From the IMG/VR virus record IMGVR_UViG_2778261533_000001, positions 18,026-82,025 of that record: a stretch of DNA of 64,000 nt; one strand, given 5' to 3'. Origin of the DNA: a virus. Taxonomy: Duplodnaviria; Heunggongvirae; Uroviricota; Caudoviricetes. The position numbers were made by a program, and so were the translations under genes. Under the pieces are notes generated by a model. The model was not told the DNA's origin and searched no databases. It worked only from the letters and a program-made list of their open reading frames with translations. Positions 34,816-44,954 of this stretch are shown one piece after another (within the stretch, counting starts at the first letter, position 1; each line of letters opens with the position of its first letter).

Positions 34816-35238
34816 ATGTCATTCTTTTCTACGTTAAAAACAGCTTTGTCTTTGAAGGAGAAACTTGCTGCTACTGGTGTTCTTGTTCTGATTTGCGCAC
34901 TTGTTGGTGCTGGGTTTGCATGGGAACGTCATCAGCTAAAGCAAGCCATGGAGAAAATTGGCAGTCTTGATCAGGCTGTTAAGGAACGTGATAAGTCAAT
35001 AATGGATCTTAACCAGACCATTGAGACGATGAACAAAGCAGAGCAACATTTTCACAGCCAGGAAGTGAAAAATGAATCAGAACAAGCCAAATATGCTGAC
35101 AGGCAAATGGAACGAAAAGCTGAAGTTCAGAAACAACTGGTTGCGGCGGGTAATGTTCGCCAGCGCATTCCTGCTGACACTCAGCGGTTGCTCCGGGAGT
35201 CGATCAGCGAATTTAACGCCGACGCCGACAAAGGTTAA
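34816..35238 (+). CDS. Rz-like inner-membrane spanin candidate (ppfA position)
   Basis: 140 aa, N-terminal TM segment (GVLVLICALVGAGFAW) followed by coiled-coil periplasmic domain. Confidence 0.45.
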   Translation: MSFFSTLKTALSLKEKLAATGVLVLICALVGAGFAWERHQLKQAMEKIGSLDQAVKERDKSIMDLNQTIETMNKAEQHFHSQEVKNESEQAKYADRQMERKAEVQKQLVAAGNVRQRIPADTQRLLRESISEFNADADKG

Positions 35239-35404
35239 CCACCCTGCCCCCAAAAGTGCATTTATGTGCAGGATGCCAGAGTTTAGCAGTGAATATTTTG
35301 ATGATCTGCCAGCCTATATCCTTGATACAGAAACGATGCTGATGGGGATTAACAGGAAGAATCGCAACGTTAATGATTACAACCGCGCTATCAGCGGTAA
35401 CTAA
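35153..35404 (+). CDS. Rz1-like outer-membrane lipoprotein spanin candidate (mlp position)
   Basis: ORF 35072..35404 in alternate frame overlapping the 3' end of the Rz-like gene; lipoprotein signal MFASAFLLTLSGCSGS. Confidence 0.45.
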   Translation: MFASAFLLTLSGCSGSRSANLTPTPTKVNHPAPKSAFMCRMPEFSSEYFDDLPAYILDTETMLMGINRKNRNVNDYNRAISGN

Positions 35405-35415
35405 AAGGGATTTTT

Positions 35416-35808
35416 ATGTCTGATAAAGTAACAGTAAAGCAAACTATCAACAAAGCGACTTCAATCTACAAAATTGAGCACATCACTGTTGGCAAGCCAG
35501 GATCTGAACAATACCGTCATGCTTTCGAGCTTGCCGATCAGCTTGGTTTAAAACACCCGGATTGCATCGAGCATGTCTTTCCGACCTATGCTGATGAGCA
35601 ATGTACTCATGTTCTTACCGAAGAGGATTTTTTCAGCACTGAAGAACGAGAAGGCGTTGATCGCTGCATTGGTGTGATTTGCTCTTCAGTGAGTTATGAG
35701 TTATTCCCTAATGTCCATGAAAATGGTGGTATTGGATACCAATTCCTGTACGAAGGCGATGAGCTTAAGTGTTATGAACATGGCCTTCTCATCGAAAGCG
35801 TAGAATAA
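35416..35808 (+). CDS. Hypothetical protein upstream of the replicon
   Basis: 130-aa ORF with RBS. Confidence 0.4.
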   Translation: MSDKVTVKQTINKATSIYKIEHITVGKPGSEQYRHAFELADQLGLKHPDCIEHVFPTYADEQCTHVLTEEDFFSTEEREGVDRCIGVICSSVSYELFPNVHENGGIGYQFLYEGDELKCYEHGLLIESVE

Positions 35809-35839
35809 TACGGCTTCCTTCCAACCGGCTTTGTTGGCC

Positions 35840-36085
35840 GGTTTATTCAACTTATCCACAGCATAGATCCAATAAACAGATCCTAAAGAGAACCTAGGAA
35901 GATCCAAAGAAGATCCCGGATCGCTGTAAGCCGCGCCATTTCTGGCCTGAAATGGGATCAATATTGACTATACGCGATTTTATGTTGACTGTGCACGATT
36001 TATTGTTGACTGCACGCGATTTATTGTTGACTATACGCGACAGAAACATTGACTGCACGCGATTTTAGAGCCTGACTATTCACAG
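35840..36085. other. Plasmid origin oriR/incC: DnaA box, GATC repeat cluster and about six ~21-bp iterons upstream of repA
   Basis: TTATCCACA at 35850..35858; AGATCC-type GATC repeats at 35866..35957; direct repeats gactRYRCRCGATTT... through 35958..36085. Confidence 0.7.
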
Positions 36086-36142
36086 TTGTTGATAACTGCA
36101 ATCCAGATGACGCCAGGCCGCGCCACATATGGAGAAACCACG

Positions 36143-37027
36143 ATGCCGGAAGAAAATAAAGGCTTCCTTAGCGTTGAAGAAGTTGCAGGAAATACAGGAG
36201 AAATCCACAGCCTGAAACCCAATAACAATAGCACTATACAACCCATCGCTTTGTTGCGCTTAGGTGTGTTTGTGCCAACCTTAAAATCTACCAATGTGGC
36301 ACTACGTCGCGGATCGTCAGTTACTACAAACACAACGAACGCAACCGAAGAACTATCAAGCCTCAAAATTGTTGAGCAGGAAGGCTATGAGGGAATTGAA
36401 ATACATGGTCCACGCCTGGATATGGATACTGATTTTAAGGTGTGGGTGGGCATAACCTCCGCGTTGTTTGACTACGCACCTGATGATGACGGCATAATCA
36501 CCCTGCCATTCTCCGAGTTTGCCGATCGATGTGGCTATCCACGTAAGCGCCTTTCAAAGGCGTTCCGTAAAAGTATTGATGACTCTCTAACACGCATTCA
36601 GCAAACAGTTGTCAAATTCCGCTTCCCGGCGGCAAAAGGTCATCTCAATAACATTAACGTCAACTTGTTGGCATATAGCAGCCTGAATACCGAGCTTGAT
36701 GTTATCGAGATCCAGCCGCAAAAACAGCTATCTGAACTTTACTATGTTGACTATAAGCGAATCCTGAAGCTGAAGATGCTGGATAAGCTCGGGCGCAAAG
36801 AGACGGCCAAGGTGCTGTATACATTCTTTGAGGCTCTACCCGCCAACCCGGCACCTGTCAGCATTGAGCGCCTTAGAGCAAGGCTTAATCTCAAATCATC
36901 CGTTAGCGTGCAAAATAGCGTTATCAGAAAAGCCATGAAAGATTTGGAAGCTATTGAATATCTTAAATTTTCAGAGATAAAAAACGGCAGGAAAATCGGC
37001 TTCCAGATTCATAAGCGCAATCCATAA
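36143..37027 (+). CDS. repA: Plasmid replication initiator RepA (P1/RepFIB family)
   Basis: QPIALLRLGVFVP and GPRLDMDTDFKVWVGI blocks and C-terminal ...HKRNP match remembered P1 RepA; start placed at MPEENKG after RBS GGAG (ORF opens at 36086). Confidence 0.85.
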   Translation: MPEENKGFLSVEEVAGNTGEIHSLKPNNNSTIQPIALLRLGVFVPTLKSTNVALRRGSSVTTNTTNATEELSSLKIVEQEGYEGIEIHGPRLDMDTDFKVWVGITSALFDYAPDDDGIITLPFSEFADRCGYPRKRLSKAFRKSIDDSLTRIQQTVVKFRFPAAKGHLNNINVNLLAYSSLNTELDVIEIQPQKQLSELYYVDYKRILKLKMLDKLGRKETAKVLYTFFEALPANPAPVSIERLRARLNLKSSVSVQNSVIRKAMKDLEAIEYLKFSEIKNGRKIGFQIHKRNP

Positions 37028-37300
37028 TATTGACTATATGCGATAGCGAGAAGTTGACTATAGGCGACATTCGTTGACGCTGGTGGATTTTTGCTGGCGT
37101 CAATATTCTGCAAGTCGCTATTGAGATGGCTTTTAGGGTCATTTCATCGCGTATAGTCAACGTTTCTCCCGACAATATCTTACATAGTCGATCTTTGGTG
37201 GAGTTAAATCGACTACAGTCAACTTTTGACTGTAGTCACATCGCGCATAGTCAACTATTCACATTAACCTTCGCGCATAGTCAACATTTGCGCGGTTCTC
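37028..37300. repeat. incA-like iteron array downstream of repA (copy-number control)
   Basis: About 9 copies of TTGACTATAGGCGA-like iterons in both orientations. Confidence 0.65.
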
Positions 37301-37319
37301 ATCAAGCAGTGGTACTGAT

Positions 37320-38129
37320 ATGCAAGAAGAGAAACAACACTACCTCTACGTTCTGGTGCCGGAGAACGGAGATACTTTTAAAATCGGTATTTCATGTGGT
37401 CCATTGGCACGGTTTAAAGGGCTACAAGTGAGTCCCGATTTTGCGCTTTCACGGGTCTATCGTGGTACGCGTTTGGCAATGGTTAATCTTGAGCGGGCTT
37501 TACACGCAACCTTTTTCCCCTGGAATGCGCCGTGGGAGAAAAGCGCCGGTGGCGGGCATACTGAATGGTTTACACGAGAGTGTCTTGATAAGGTTTTGGC
37601 TCATATCGAATATCTAAATGATATGTGGGGAGGGATTCTCGAGCGCATTAAGTCGAATGATTTACTTCAGCGTCCAGTAGATGCTGCTCGCTCTTTCGAA
37701 AAAGAGTTGGATGTTACTTCTATCGTGACTTTCAAAGATGACGCAGGAATGAGGGACGTGGCTTATGTCTCCATATCTGGCTATGAACCGGACGCGATCC
37801 GCGCTCAATGTGAATTGCTGAAAGCAGTGTTTATGCTTCGGACTAAATATCCCTGGGAGACAGGGCGGGTGTGCTTCCCTATGGAAGAGTTAACCGCCAC
37901 CATTGATTCCCAGCTTTACCACGATAATCCAGAGAAGTTTTTTAGCCTTTTAGCCGGTAATGGGCTTAACTGTGTGTCCGGGCTGGGGCGAAGTAGAATC
38001 CAACATGCCTCGCTCTTCGGTCCCTTCTTTTACGATCGACACGGGTACTTTGAGGCTGAACTTCCGGCGCTTACGCGTGCTATAGATACTATCGATTTCG
38101 AACGATTATTCGCTGCTCTTAGCAAATAA
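37320..38129 (+). CDS. T5orf172 / GIY-YIG-like domain protein with uncharacterised C-terminal domain
   Basis: 269 aa; HYLYVLVPENGDTFKIGIS...R...GGGHTEWF matches the T5orf172 (GIY-YIG superfamily) signature; followed by a strong terminator. Confidence 0.55.
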   Translation: MQEEKQHYLYVLVPENGDTFKIGISCGPLARFKGLQVSPDFALSRVYRGTRLAMVNLERALHATFFPWNAPWEKSAGGGHTEWFTRECLDKVLAHIEYLNDMWGGILERIKSNDLLQRPVDAARSFEKELDVTSIVTFKDDAGMRDVAYVSISGYEPDAIRAQCELLKAVFMLRTKYPWETGRVCFPMEELTATIDSQLYHDNPEKFFSLLAGNGLNCVSGLGRSRIQHASLFGPFFYDRHGYFEAELPALTRAIDTIDFERLFAALSK

Positions 38130-38136
38130 CACTGAT

Positions 38137-38158
38137 GCCCCTGAACGGGGCTTTTTTG
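38137..38158 (+). terminator. Rho-independent terminator
   Basis: gcccctg-aac-ggggc followed by tttttt. Confidence 0.7.
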
Positions 38159-38297
38159 TGCCCTCCTTGTAACTCTCAATCGTGCAAAATGAACCAAACA
38201 TGCAGAGAATGCTATGTACAAGCATCTGTGCATACATTATTATTTTATGCAGCATTTTTAAGTAAATTCAAAAATACAGCATAAAGGATGACTTTCG

Positions 38298-39494
38298 ATG
38301 AGTGATTCCAGCCAGCTTCACAAGGTTGCTCAAAGAGCAAACAGAATGCTCAATGTTCTGACTGAACAAGTACAGTTGCAAAAGGATGAGCTACACGCGA
38401 ACGAGTTTTACCAGGTCTATGCGAAAGCGGCACTGGCAAAATTGCCTCTACTGACTCGAGCGAACGTTGACTATGCCGTAAGTGAAATGGAAGAAAAGGG
38501 TTATGTTTTCGATAAACGCCCTGCTGGCTCTTCAATGAAATATGCGATGTCAATTCAGAACATCATTGACATATATGAACATCGCGGAGTGCCAAAATAC
38601 CGGGATCGCTACAGCGAAGCGTATGTGATTTTCATCTCCAATCTTAAAGGCGGTGTGTCAAAAACTGTATCGACGGTTTCTCTGGCGCATGCAATGCGTG
38701 CCCACCCTCATCTTCTGATGGAAGATTTAAGGATTCTGGTTATTGACCTTGATCCGCAATCTTCAGCGACGATGTTTTTAAGCCATAAACACTCTATTGG
38801 TATCGTAAACGCAACATCTGCACAGGCTATGTTGCAGAATGTAAGCCGTGAAGAGCTGTTAGAGGAGTTTATTGTTCCTTCTGTTGTACCTGGGGTTGAC
38901 GTTATGCCTGCGTCGATTGACGATGCCTTTATTGCATCCGATTGGAGAGAACTGTGCAATGAGCATCTGCCGGGTCAGAACATCCATGCAGTCCTGAAAG
39001 AAAATGTGATTGATAAGCTCAAGAGCGATTATGACTTTATCCTTGTTGATAGTGGTCCTCACCTTGACGCCTTCCTGAAAAATGCTTTGGCCTCGGCCAA
39101 TATACTGTTTACACCTCTGCCGCCTGCAACGGTTGATTTCCACTCATCGCTTAAATATGTTGCTCGCCTTCCTGAGTTGGTGAAACTCATTTCGGATGAA
39201 GGCTGCGAGTGCCAGCTTGCGACTAACATTGGTTTTATGTCCAAGTTGAGTAACAAGGCAGACCATAAGTATTGCCATAGCCTGGCTAAAGAAGTGTTCG
39301 GTGGGGATATGCTCGATGTCGTCCTCCCTCGCCTTGACGGTTTTGAACGTTGCGGCGAGTCTTTTGACACTGTTATTTCAGCTAACCCGGCAACGTATGT
39401 TGGTAGTGCTGATGCATTGAAGAACGCGCGAATTGCCGCGGAAGATTTTGCTAAAGCAGTTTTTGACCGTATTGAATTTATCAGATCTAACTGA
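38298..39494 (+). CDS. parA: Partition ATPase ParA (type Ia, with N-terminal DNA-binding domain)
   Basis: 398 aa; deviant Walker A (NLKGGVSKT) and overall sequence matching remembered P1 ParA. Confidence 0.95.
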   Translation: MSDSSQLHKVAQRANRMLNVLTEQVQLQKDELHANEFYQVYAKAALAKLPLLTRANVDYAVSEMEEKGYVFDKRPAGSSMKYAMSIQNIIDIYEHRGVPKYRDRYSEAYVIFISNLKGGVSKTVSTVSLAHAMRAHPHLLMEDLRILVIDLDPQSSATMFLSHKHSIGIVNATSAQAMLQNVSREELLEEFIVPSVVPGVDVMPASIDDAFIASDWRELCNEHLPGQNIHAVLKENVIDKLKSDYDFILVDSGPHLDAFLKNALASANILFTPLPPATVDFHSSLKYVARLPELVKLISDEGCECQLATNIGFMSKLSNKADHKYCHSLAKEVFGGDMLDVVLPRLDGFERCGESFDTVISANPATYVGSADALKNARIAAEDFAKAVFDRIEFIRSN

Positions 39495-39510
39495 GGAGTA
39501 AGAAACCCCC

Positions 39511-40512
39511 ATGTCAAAGAAAAACAGACCAACAATTGGGCGAACCCTTAATCCTTCAATATTAAGCGGATTTGATAGTTCTTCAGCCTCTGGCGATCGA
39601 GTCGAGCAGGTATTCAAGTTATCTACTGGTCGCCAGGCCACATTTATCGAGGAGGTAATTCCTCCGAACCAGGTAGAAAGCGATACCTTTGTTGATCAGC
39701 ATAACAACGGGCGTGACCAGGCATCTCTTACGCCAAAATCATTAAAAAGTATCCGAAGCACTATTAAGCATCAGCAATTTTACCCTGCAATAGGTGTTAG
39801 ACGGGCTACAGGGAAAATTGAAATTTTGGATGGTTCCCGGCGTCGAGCTTCTGCCATCTTAGAGAACGTAGGGTTGCGGGTTTTAGTCACGGACCAGGAG
39901 ATCAGCGTTCAGGAAGCGCAAAATTTAGCGAAAGACGTTCAGACAGCATTGCAGCACAGCATTCGAGAAATAGGTCTGCGTTTGATGCGAATGAAAAATG
40001 ATGGGATGAGTCAGAAGGATATTGCAGCCAAAGAAGGGCTGTCTCAGGCGAAGGTCACGCGTGCTCTCCAGGCAGCGAGTGCTCCGGAAGAATTAGTCGC
40101 CCTTTTCCCTGTGCAGTCGGAATTAACCTTTTCGGACTACAAAACGCTTTGTGCTGTTGGCGACGAAATGGGGAACAAGAATTTAGAGTTTGATCAGCTT
40201 ATTCAAAACATATCCCCGGAAATAAACGACATCTTATCCATTGAAGAAATGGCCGAAGATGAAGTTAAAAATAAAATCCTGCGCTTGATAACAAAGGAAG
40301 CCTCACTACTCACGGATAAAGGTTCTAAAGATAAGTCCGTAGTTACTGAATTATGGAAATTTGAGGACAAGGATCGCTTTGCAAGGAAGCGCGTGAAAGG
40401 CCGTGCATTTTCTTATGAGTTTAATCGACTCTCAAAAGAGTTACAGGAAGAACTCGACAGGATGATTGGGCATATCCTTAGAAAGAGCCTCGATAAAAAG
40501 CCGAAGCCTTAA
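39511..40512 (+). CDS. parB: Partition protein ParB
   Basis: 333 aa, MSKKNRPTIGRTLNPSILSGFDSS... matching remembered P1 ParB. Confidence 0.95.
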   Translation: MSKKNRPTIGRTLNPSILSGFDSSSASGDRVEQVFKLSTGRQATFIEEVIPPNQVESDTFVDQHNNGRDQASLTPKSLKSIRSTIKHQQFYPAIGVRRATGKIEILDGSRRRASAILENVGLRVLVTDQEISVQEAQNLAKDVQTALQHSIREIGLRLMRMKNDGMSQKDIAAKEGLSQAKVTRALQAASAPEELVALFPVQSELTFSDYKTLCAVGDEMGNKNLEFDQLIQNISPEINDILSIEEMAEDEVKNKILRLITKEASLLTDKGSKDKSVVTELWKFEDKDRFARKRVKGRAFSYEFNRLSKELQEELDRMIGHILRKSLDKKPKP

Positions 40513-40519
40513 ACTTTCG

Positions 40520-40610
40520 CCATTCAAATTTCACTATTAACTGACTGTTTTTAAAGTAAATTACTCTAAAATTTCAAGGTGAAATCGCCACGATTTCACC
40601 TTGGATTTTA
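40520..40610. other. Centromere parS (heptamer box A and hexamer box B motifs)
   Basis: ATTTCAC/GTGAAAT heptamers and TCGCCA hexamers immediately after parB. Confidence 0.7.
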
Positions 40611-40716
40611 CCTTCCTCCCCTCCTCCCGAAAAAAATAAAAAAATTGCTTGTCACGAGAAAGTCAACAAGTGACTTTCAATAAAATCTCTTCCGAAAAGG
40701 GATTCACACAAGTGCC

Positions 40717-42444
40717 TTGTGTTTAAGGAAGAGTAAATTGAGTAACTTACGCGAATACCAGAATCGTATTGCAGATATCGCAAAACGCTCTAAAGCTGTG
40801 CTTGGCTGGGCAAGCACTGCGCAGTTCGGTACTGATAACCAATTCATTAAAGATGATGCCGCGCGTGCCGCATCTATCCTTGAAGCTGCACGTAAAGACC
40901 CGGTTTTTGCGGGTATCTCTGATAATGCCACCGCTCAAATCGCTACAGCGTGGGCAAGTGCACTGGCTGACTACGCCGCAGCACATAAATCTATGCCGCG
41001 TCCGGAAATTCTGGCCTCCTGCCACCAGACGCTGGAAAACTGCCTGATAGAGTCCACCCGCAATAGCATGGATGCCACTAATAAAGCGATGCTGGAATCC
41101 GTCGCAGCAGAGATGATGAGCGTTTCTGACGGTGTTATGCGTCTGCCTTTATTCCTCGCGATGATCCTGCCTGTTCAGTTGGGGGCAGCTACCGCTGATG
41201 CGTGTACCTTCATTCCGGTTACGCGTGACCAGTCCGACATCTATGAAGTCTTTAACGTGGCAGGTTCCTCTTTTGGTTCTTATGCTGCTGGTGATGTTCT
41301 GGACATGCAATCCGTCGGTGTGTACAGCCAGTTACGTCGCCGCTATGTGCTGGTGGCAAGCTCCGATGGCACCAGCAAAACCGCAACCTTCAAGATGGAA
41401 GACTTCGAAGGCCAGAATGTACCAATCCGAAAAGGTCGCACTAACATCTACGTTAACCGTATTAAGTCTGTTGTTGATAACGGTTCCGGCAGCCTACTTC
41501 ACTCGTTTACTAATGCTGCTGGTGAGCAAATCACTGTTACCTGCTCTCTGAACTACAACATTGGTCAGATTGCCCTGTCGTTCTCCAAAGCGCCGGATAA
41601 AGGCACTGAGATCGCAATTGAGACGGAAATCAATATTGAAGCCGCTCCTGAGCTGATCCCGCTGATCAACCACGAAATGAAGAAATACACCCTGTTCCCA
41701 AGTCAGTTCGTTATCGCGGCTGAGCACACGGTACAGGCGGCGTATGAAGCACAGCGTGAATTTGGTCTGGACCTGGGTTCCCTACAGTTCCGCACCCTGA
41801 AGGAATACCTGTCTCATGAACAGGATATGCTACGTCTTCGCATCATGATCTGGCGCACTCTTGCGACCGACACCTTTGACATCGCTCTGCCGGTTAACCA
41901 GTCCTTTGATGTATGGGCAACCATCATTCGTGGCAAATTCCAGACTGTATATCGCGACATTATTGAGCGCGTTAAATCTTCTGGTGCGATGGGGATGTTT
42001 GCTGGTGCTGATGCAGCATCTTTCTTCAAACAGTTGCCGAAGGATTTCTTCCAGCCAGCCGAAGACTATATCCAGACTCCGTATGTTCACTACATCGGTA
42101 CCCTGTTCGGTAACGTGAAAGTGTACGAAGTACCTGCTGGTATTTGTAAGAACTTAACGACAGAGAACATTCAGTTCAGCTCGATGGATGTGCTGTGCTA
42201 CGTCCGTGATGAAAATCCGGGTAAAGCAGGCTTTGTGACTGGTGATGCTGTCCCGGCTATCCCGTTCCAGCATCCGACCACTCCGGCGCTGGTCAACCGT
42301 ACCACACTGTGGGGTTCGGCTATCAACGATATGCACCCACGCAACGGCGCTGATTACTTCACTCGTGTAACGCTGACAATGGCCAAAAAAGGCGGGCTTA
42401 ACTTTATAAGCGGCGACACGATTGATGCCGGTGACTCTGAGTAA
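40717..42444 (+). CDS. Virion structural protein, probable major capsid protein precursor (P1 gene 23 position)
   Basis: 575-aa ORF between parS and the sheath-like gene; by synteny. Confidence 0.4.
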   Translation: MCLRKSKLSNLREYQNRIADIAKRSKAVLGWASTAQFGTDNQFIKDDAARAASILEAARKDPVFAGISDNATAQIATAWASALADYAAAHKSMPRPEILASCHQTLENCLIESTRNSMDATNKAMLESVAAEMMSVSDGVMRLPLFLAMILPVQLGAATADACTFIPVTRDQSDIYEVFNVAGSSFGSYAAGDVLDMQSVGVYSQLRRRYVLVASSDGTSKTATFKMEDFEGQNVPIRKGRTNIYVNRIKSVVDNGSGSLLHSFTNAAGEQITVTCSLNYNIGQIALSFSKAPDKGTEIAIETEINIEAAPELIPLINHEMKKYTLFPSQFVIAAEHTVQAAYEAQREFGLDLGSLQFRTLKEYLSHEQDMLRLRIMIWRTLATDTFDIALPVNQSFDVWATIIRGKFQTVYRDIIERVKSSGAMGMFAGADAASFFKQLPKDFFQPAEDYIQTPYVHYIGTLFGNVKVYEVPAGICKNLTTENIQFSSMDVLCYVRDENPGKAGFVTGDAVPAIPFQHPTTPALVNRTTLWGSAINDMHPRNGADYFTRVTLTMAKKGGLNFISGDTIDAGDSE

Positions 42445-42504
42445 TCAGGGGAAGTTCTCCGTTTAACATAGCGCCCCCGTGCGGGGCGCATAACAGGGAA
42501 AGTT

Positions 42505-44094
42505 ATGTCTCAATATTCAATTCAACAGTCATTAGGTAATGCATCCGGCGTCGCTGTTAGCCCGATCAATGCCGATGCGACGTTATCTACCGGTGTTGCA
42601 TTAAATAGCAGCTTGTGGGCTGGTATTGGCGTATTTGCGCGTGGCAAGCCGTTTACTGTTCTTGCGGTTACTGAGTCCAATTACGAAGATGTTCTCGGCG
42701 AACCGCTGAAGCCGTCTTCCGGCTCACAGTTCGAACCAATTCGCCATGTATACGAAGCTATTCAGCAAACGTCTGGTTATGTTGTTCGCGCTGTTCCGGA
42801 TGATGCGAAGTTCCCGATTATTATGTTCGATGAATCAGGCGAACCGGCTTACAGTGCGTTGCCATACGGTTCTGAAATTGAACTTGATAGTGGCGAAGCC
42901 TTTGCTATCTACGTTGATGATGGTGATCCGTGTATTTCACCTACCCGTGAGTTAACCATCGAAACGGCAACAGCGGACAGCGCGGGTAATGAACGCTTCC
43001 TCTTAAAACTGACCCAGACGACTTCGCTCGGTGTGGTAACGACCCTGGAGACACACACTGTGTCTTTGGCGGAAGAAGCGAAAGATGACATGGGCCGCTT
43101 GTGTTATCTGCCTACGGCTCTGGAAGCCCGTTCTAAATATCTGCGCGCGGTTGTTAATGAAGAGCTGATTTCGACGGCGAAAGTAACAAATAAAAAATCG
43201 TTGGCGTTCACTGGTGGTACCAACGGTGATCAGTCGAAAATCTCAACCGCTGCGTACCTGCGTGCGGTGAAAGTGCTGAACAATGCGCCGTACATGTACA
43301 CCGCTGTTCTTGGCCTGGGCTGCTATGACAATGCGGCTATCACCGCATTAGGTAAAATCTGTGCAGATCGCCTGATTGATGGCTTCTTTGATGTCAAACC
43401 GACATTAACGTACGCAGAAGCACTACCAGCTGTTGAGGATACCGGTTTACTTGGTACCGATTATGTAAGCTGTGCTGTCTATCACTTCCCGTTCTCCTGC
43501 AAAGACAAATGGACCCAATCCCGTGTGGTCTTCGGTCTGTCTGGCGCGGCGTATGCGGCGAAAGCTCGTGGCGTCAAGAAAAACTCTGATGTCGGCGGTT
43601 GGCATTACTCACCGGCTGGTGAAGAACGTGCCGTCATTGCTCGTGCGTCAATTCAACCGCTGTATCCGGAAGATACCCCGGACGAAGAAGCAATGGTTAA
43701 GGGCCGCCTCAATAAAGTATCTGTTGGCACCTCTGGCCAGATGATCATCGACGATGCTTTAACTTGCTGCACGCAGGATAACTATCTGCACTTCCAGCAC
43801 GTCCCATCCCTGATGAATGCAATCAGCCGTTTCTTTGTCCAGTTAGCCCGCCAGATGAAGCATAGCCCTGACGGTATTACTGCCGCTGGTCTGACTAAAG
43901 GGATGACCAAACTTTTGGATCGCTTTGTCGCCTCCGGCGCTCTGGTGGCTCCTCGTGATCCTGATGCTGACGGTACAGAACCGTATGTGCTGAAAGTTAC
44001 GCAGGCGGAATTCGATAAATGGGAAGTAGTCTGGGCCTGCTGCCCGACTGGCGTAGCCCGTCGTATCCAGGGCGTACCGCTGCTTATTAAGTAA
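42505..44094 (+). CDS. Tail sheath-like protein (P1 gene 22 position)
   Basis: 529 aa; size and position fit a contractile tail sheath; strong RBS. Confidence 0.5.
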   Translation: MSQYSIQQSLGNASGVAVSPINADATLSTGVALNSSLWAGIGVFARGKPFTVLAVTESNYEDVLGEPLKPSSGSQFEPIRHVYEAIQQTSGYVVRAVPDDAKFPIIMFDESGEPAYSALPYGSEIELDSGEAFAIYVDDGDPCISPTRELTIETATADSAGNERFLLKLTQTTSLGVVTTLETHTVSLAEEAKDDMGRLCYLPTALEARSKYLRAVVNEELISTAKVTNKKSLAFTGGTNGDQSKISTAAYLRAVKVLNNAPYMYTAVLGLGCYDNAAITALGKICADRLIDGFFDVKPTLTYAEALPAVEDTGLLGTDYVSCAVYHFPFSCKDKWTQSRVVFGLSGAAYAAKARGVKKNSDVGGWHYSPAGEERAVIARASIQPLYPEDTPDEEAMVKGRLNKVSVGTSGQMIIDDALTCCTQDNYLHFQHVPSLMNAISRFFVQLARQMKHSPDGITAAGLTKGMTKLLDRFVASGALVAPRDPDADGTEPYVLKVTQAEFDKWEVVWACCPTGVARRIQGVPLLIK

Positions 44095-44103
44095 GGGAAT
44101 ACA

Positions 44104-44919
44104 ATGAGCAAAAACTTTTTTCAATCCGGGGCATTTTTGGGGAATGGACTGTCTCGTTTCGCTTTGAACTCTGATCCTGTGCAGCTGATGGAGTCTGCCC
44201 GAGCAAGCGCCGAACCGCCAACAGATCCGGTTATTAATAATAATCCGGAACCGGCGGCACAGACTAACGATAACGTTCCATCTGCCCCGGCTCCTGAGCA
44301 AATCCTGGAAGGGAAAGACGGTAAAGAATGGACCGTCGAACAGGCGCACCAGATGATTCTGGAAGCTGCAAATCGAAGTGCTATGCAGAATGCGTTGAGT
44401 GATGCGGCCGACGCCGTTTTCGCCTGGGCTGATAGCGGTGATCTGACTTTCGACTCCCTTGATGGTTTCGTTCAGGCTATCGCTGGTATCTCTGATGACG
44501 ACGACTCCGAAGTTACAGAAGAACAGGACGATGCCTATAACGAAGCATGGGCAAATGTTGCTGACTTCCTCGCAGCATGCGGTGTAGATGATGACCTGAT
44601 CGAAGCACTGGCTGACGATGAAGACGATGACGCTGCTGCTGATGTTGGTGCCTCTATCGCTAGTTTAGATAGCGACGACCGCGACGAACTGGAAGCGGCG
44701 TTTGTTGTTGCTGGCACTTCTGATGAAATGCTGACTGAAGCATTTAAGAAGGTTGTTCGTAACGGTGAGATCAAACTCATCCGTAAACGCCTGCGTAAAA
44801 AACGTCTGACTGCGGCTCAAAAATCGGCGCTAAAAAAAGCGCGTCGAAAAGCCCAGACTGGCGCGGCAAAACTTGCCCGCAAAAAGTCAATGAAACTGCG
44901 CCGTAAGCGCCTTGGCTAA
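44104..44919 (+). CDS. Highly acidic protein with basic C-terminal tail (scaffold/internal protein-like)
   Basis: 271 aa; long D/E-rich region and K/R-rich C-terminus. Confidence 0.45.
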   Translation: MSKNFFQSGAFLGNGLSRFALNSDPVQLMESARASAEPPTDPVINNNPEPAAQTNDNVPSAPAPEQILEGKDGKEWTVEQAHQMILEAANRSAMQNALSDAADAVFAWADSGDLTFDSLDGFVQAIAGISDDDDSEVTEEQDDAYNEAWANVADFLAACGVDDDLIEALADDEDDDAAADVGASIASLDSDDRDELEAAFVVAGTSDEMLTEAFKKVVRNGEIKLIRKRLRKKRLTAAQKSALKKARRKAQTGAAKLARKKSMKLRRKRLG

Positions 44920-44954
44920 AGGAGGAGGCCGGGGAACTCCGGCCTTTAACTTGA

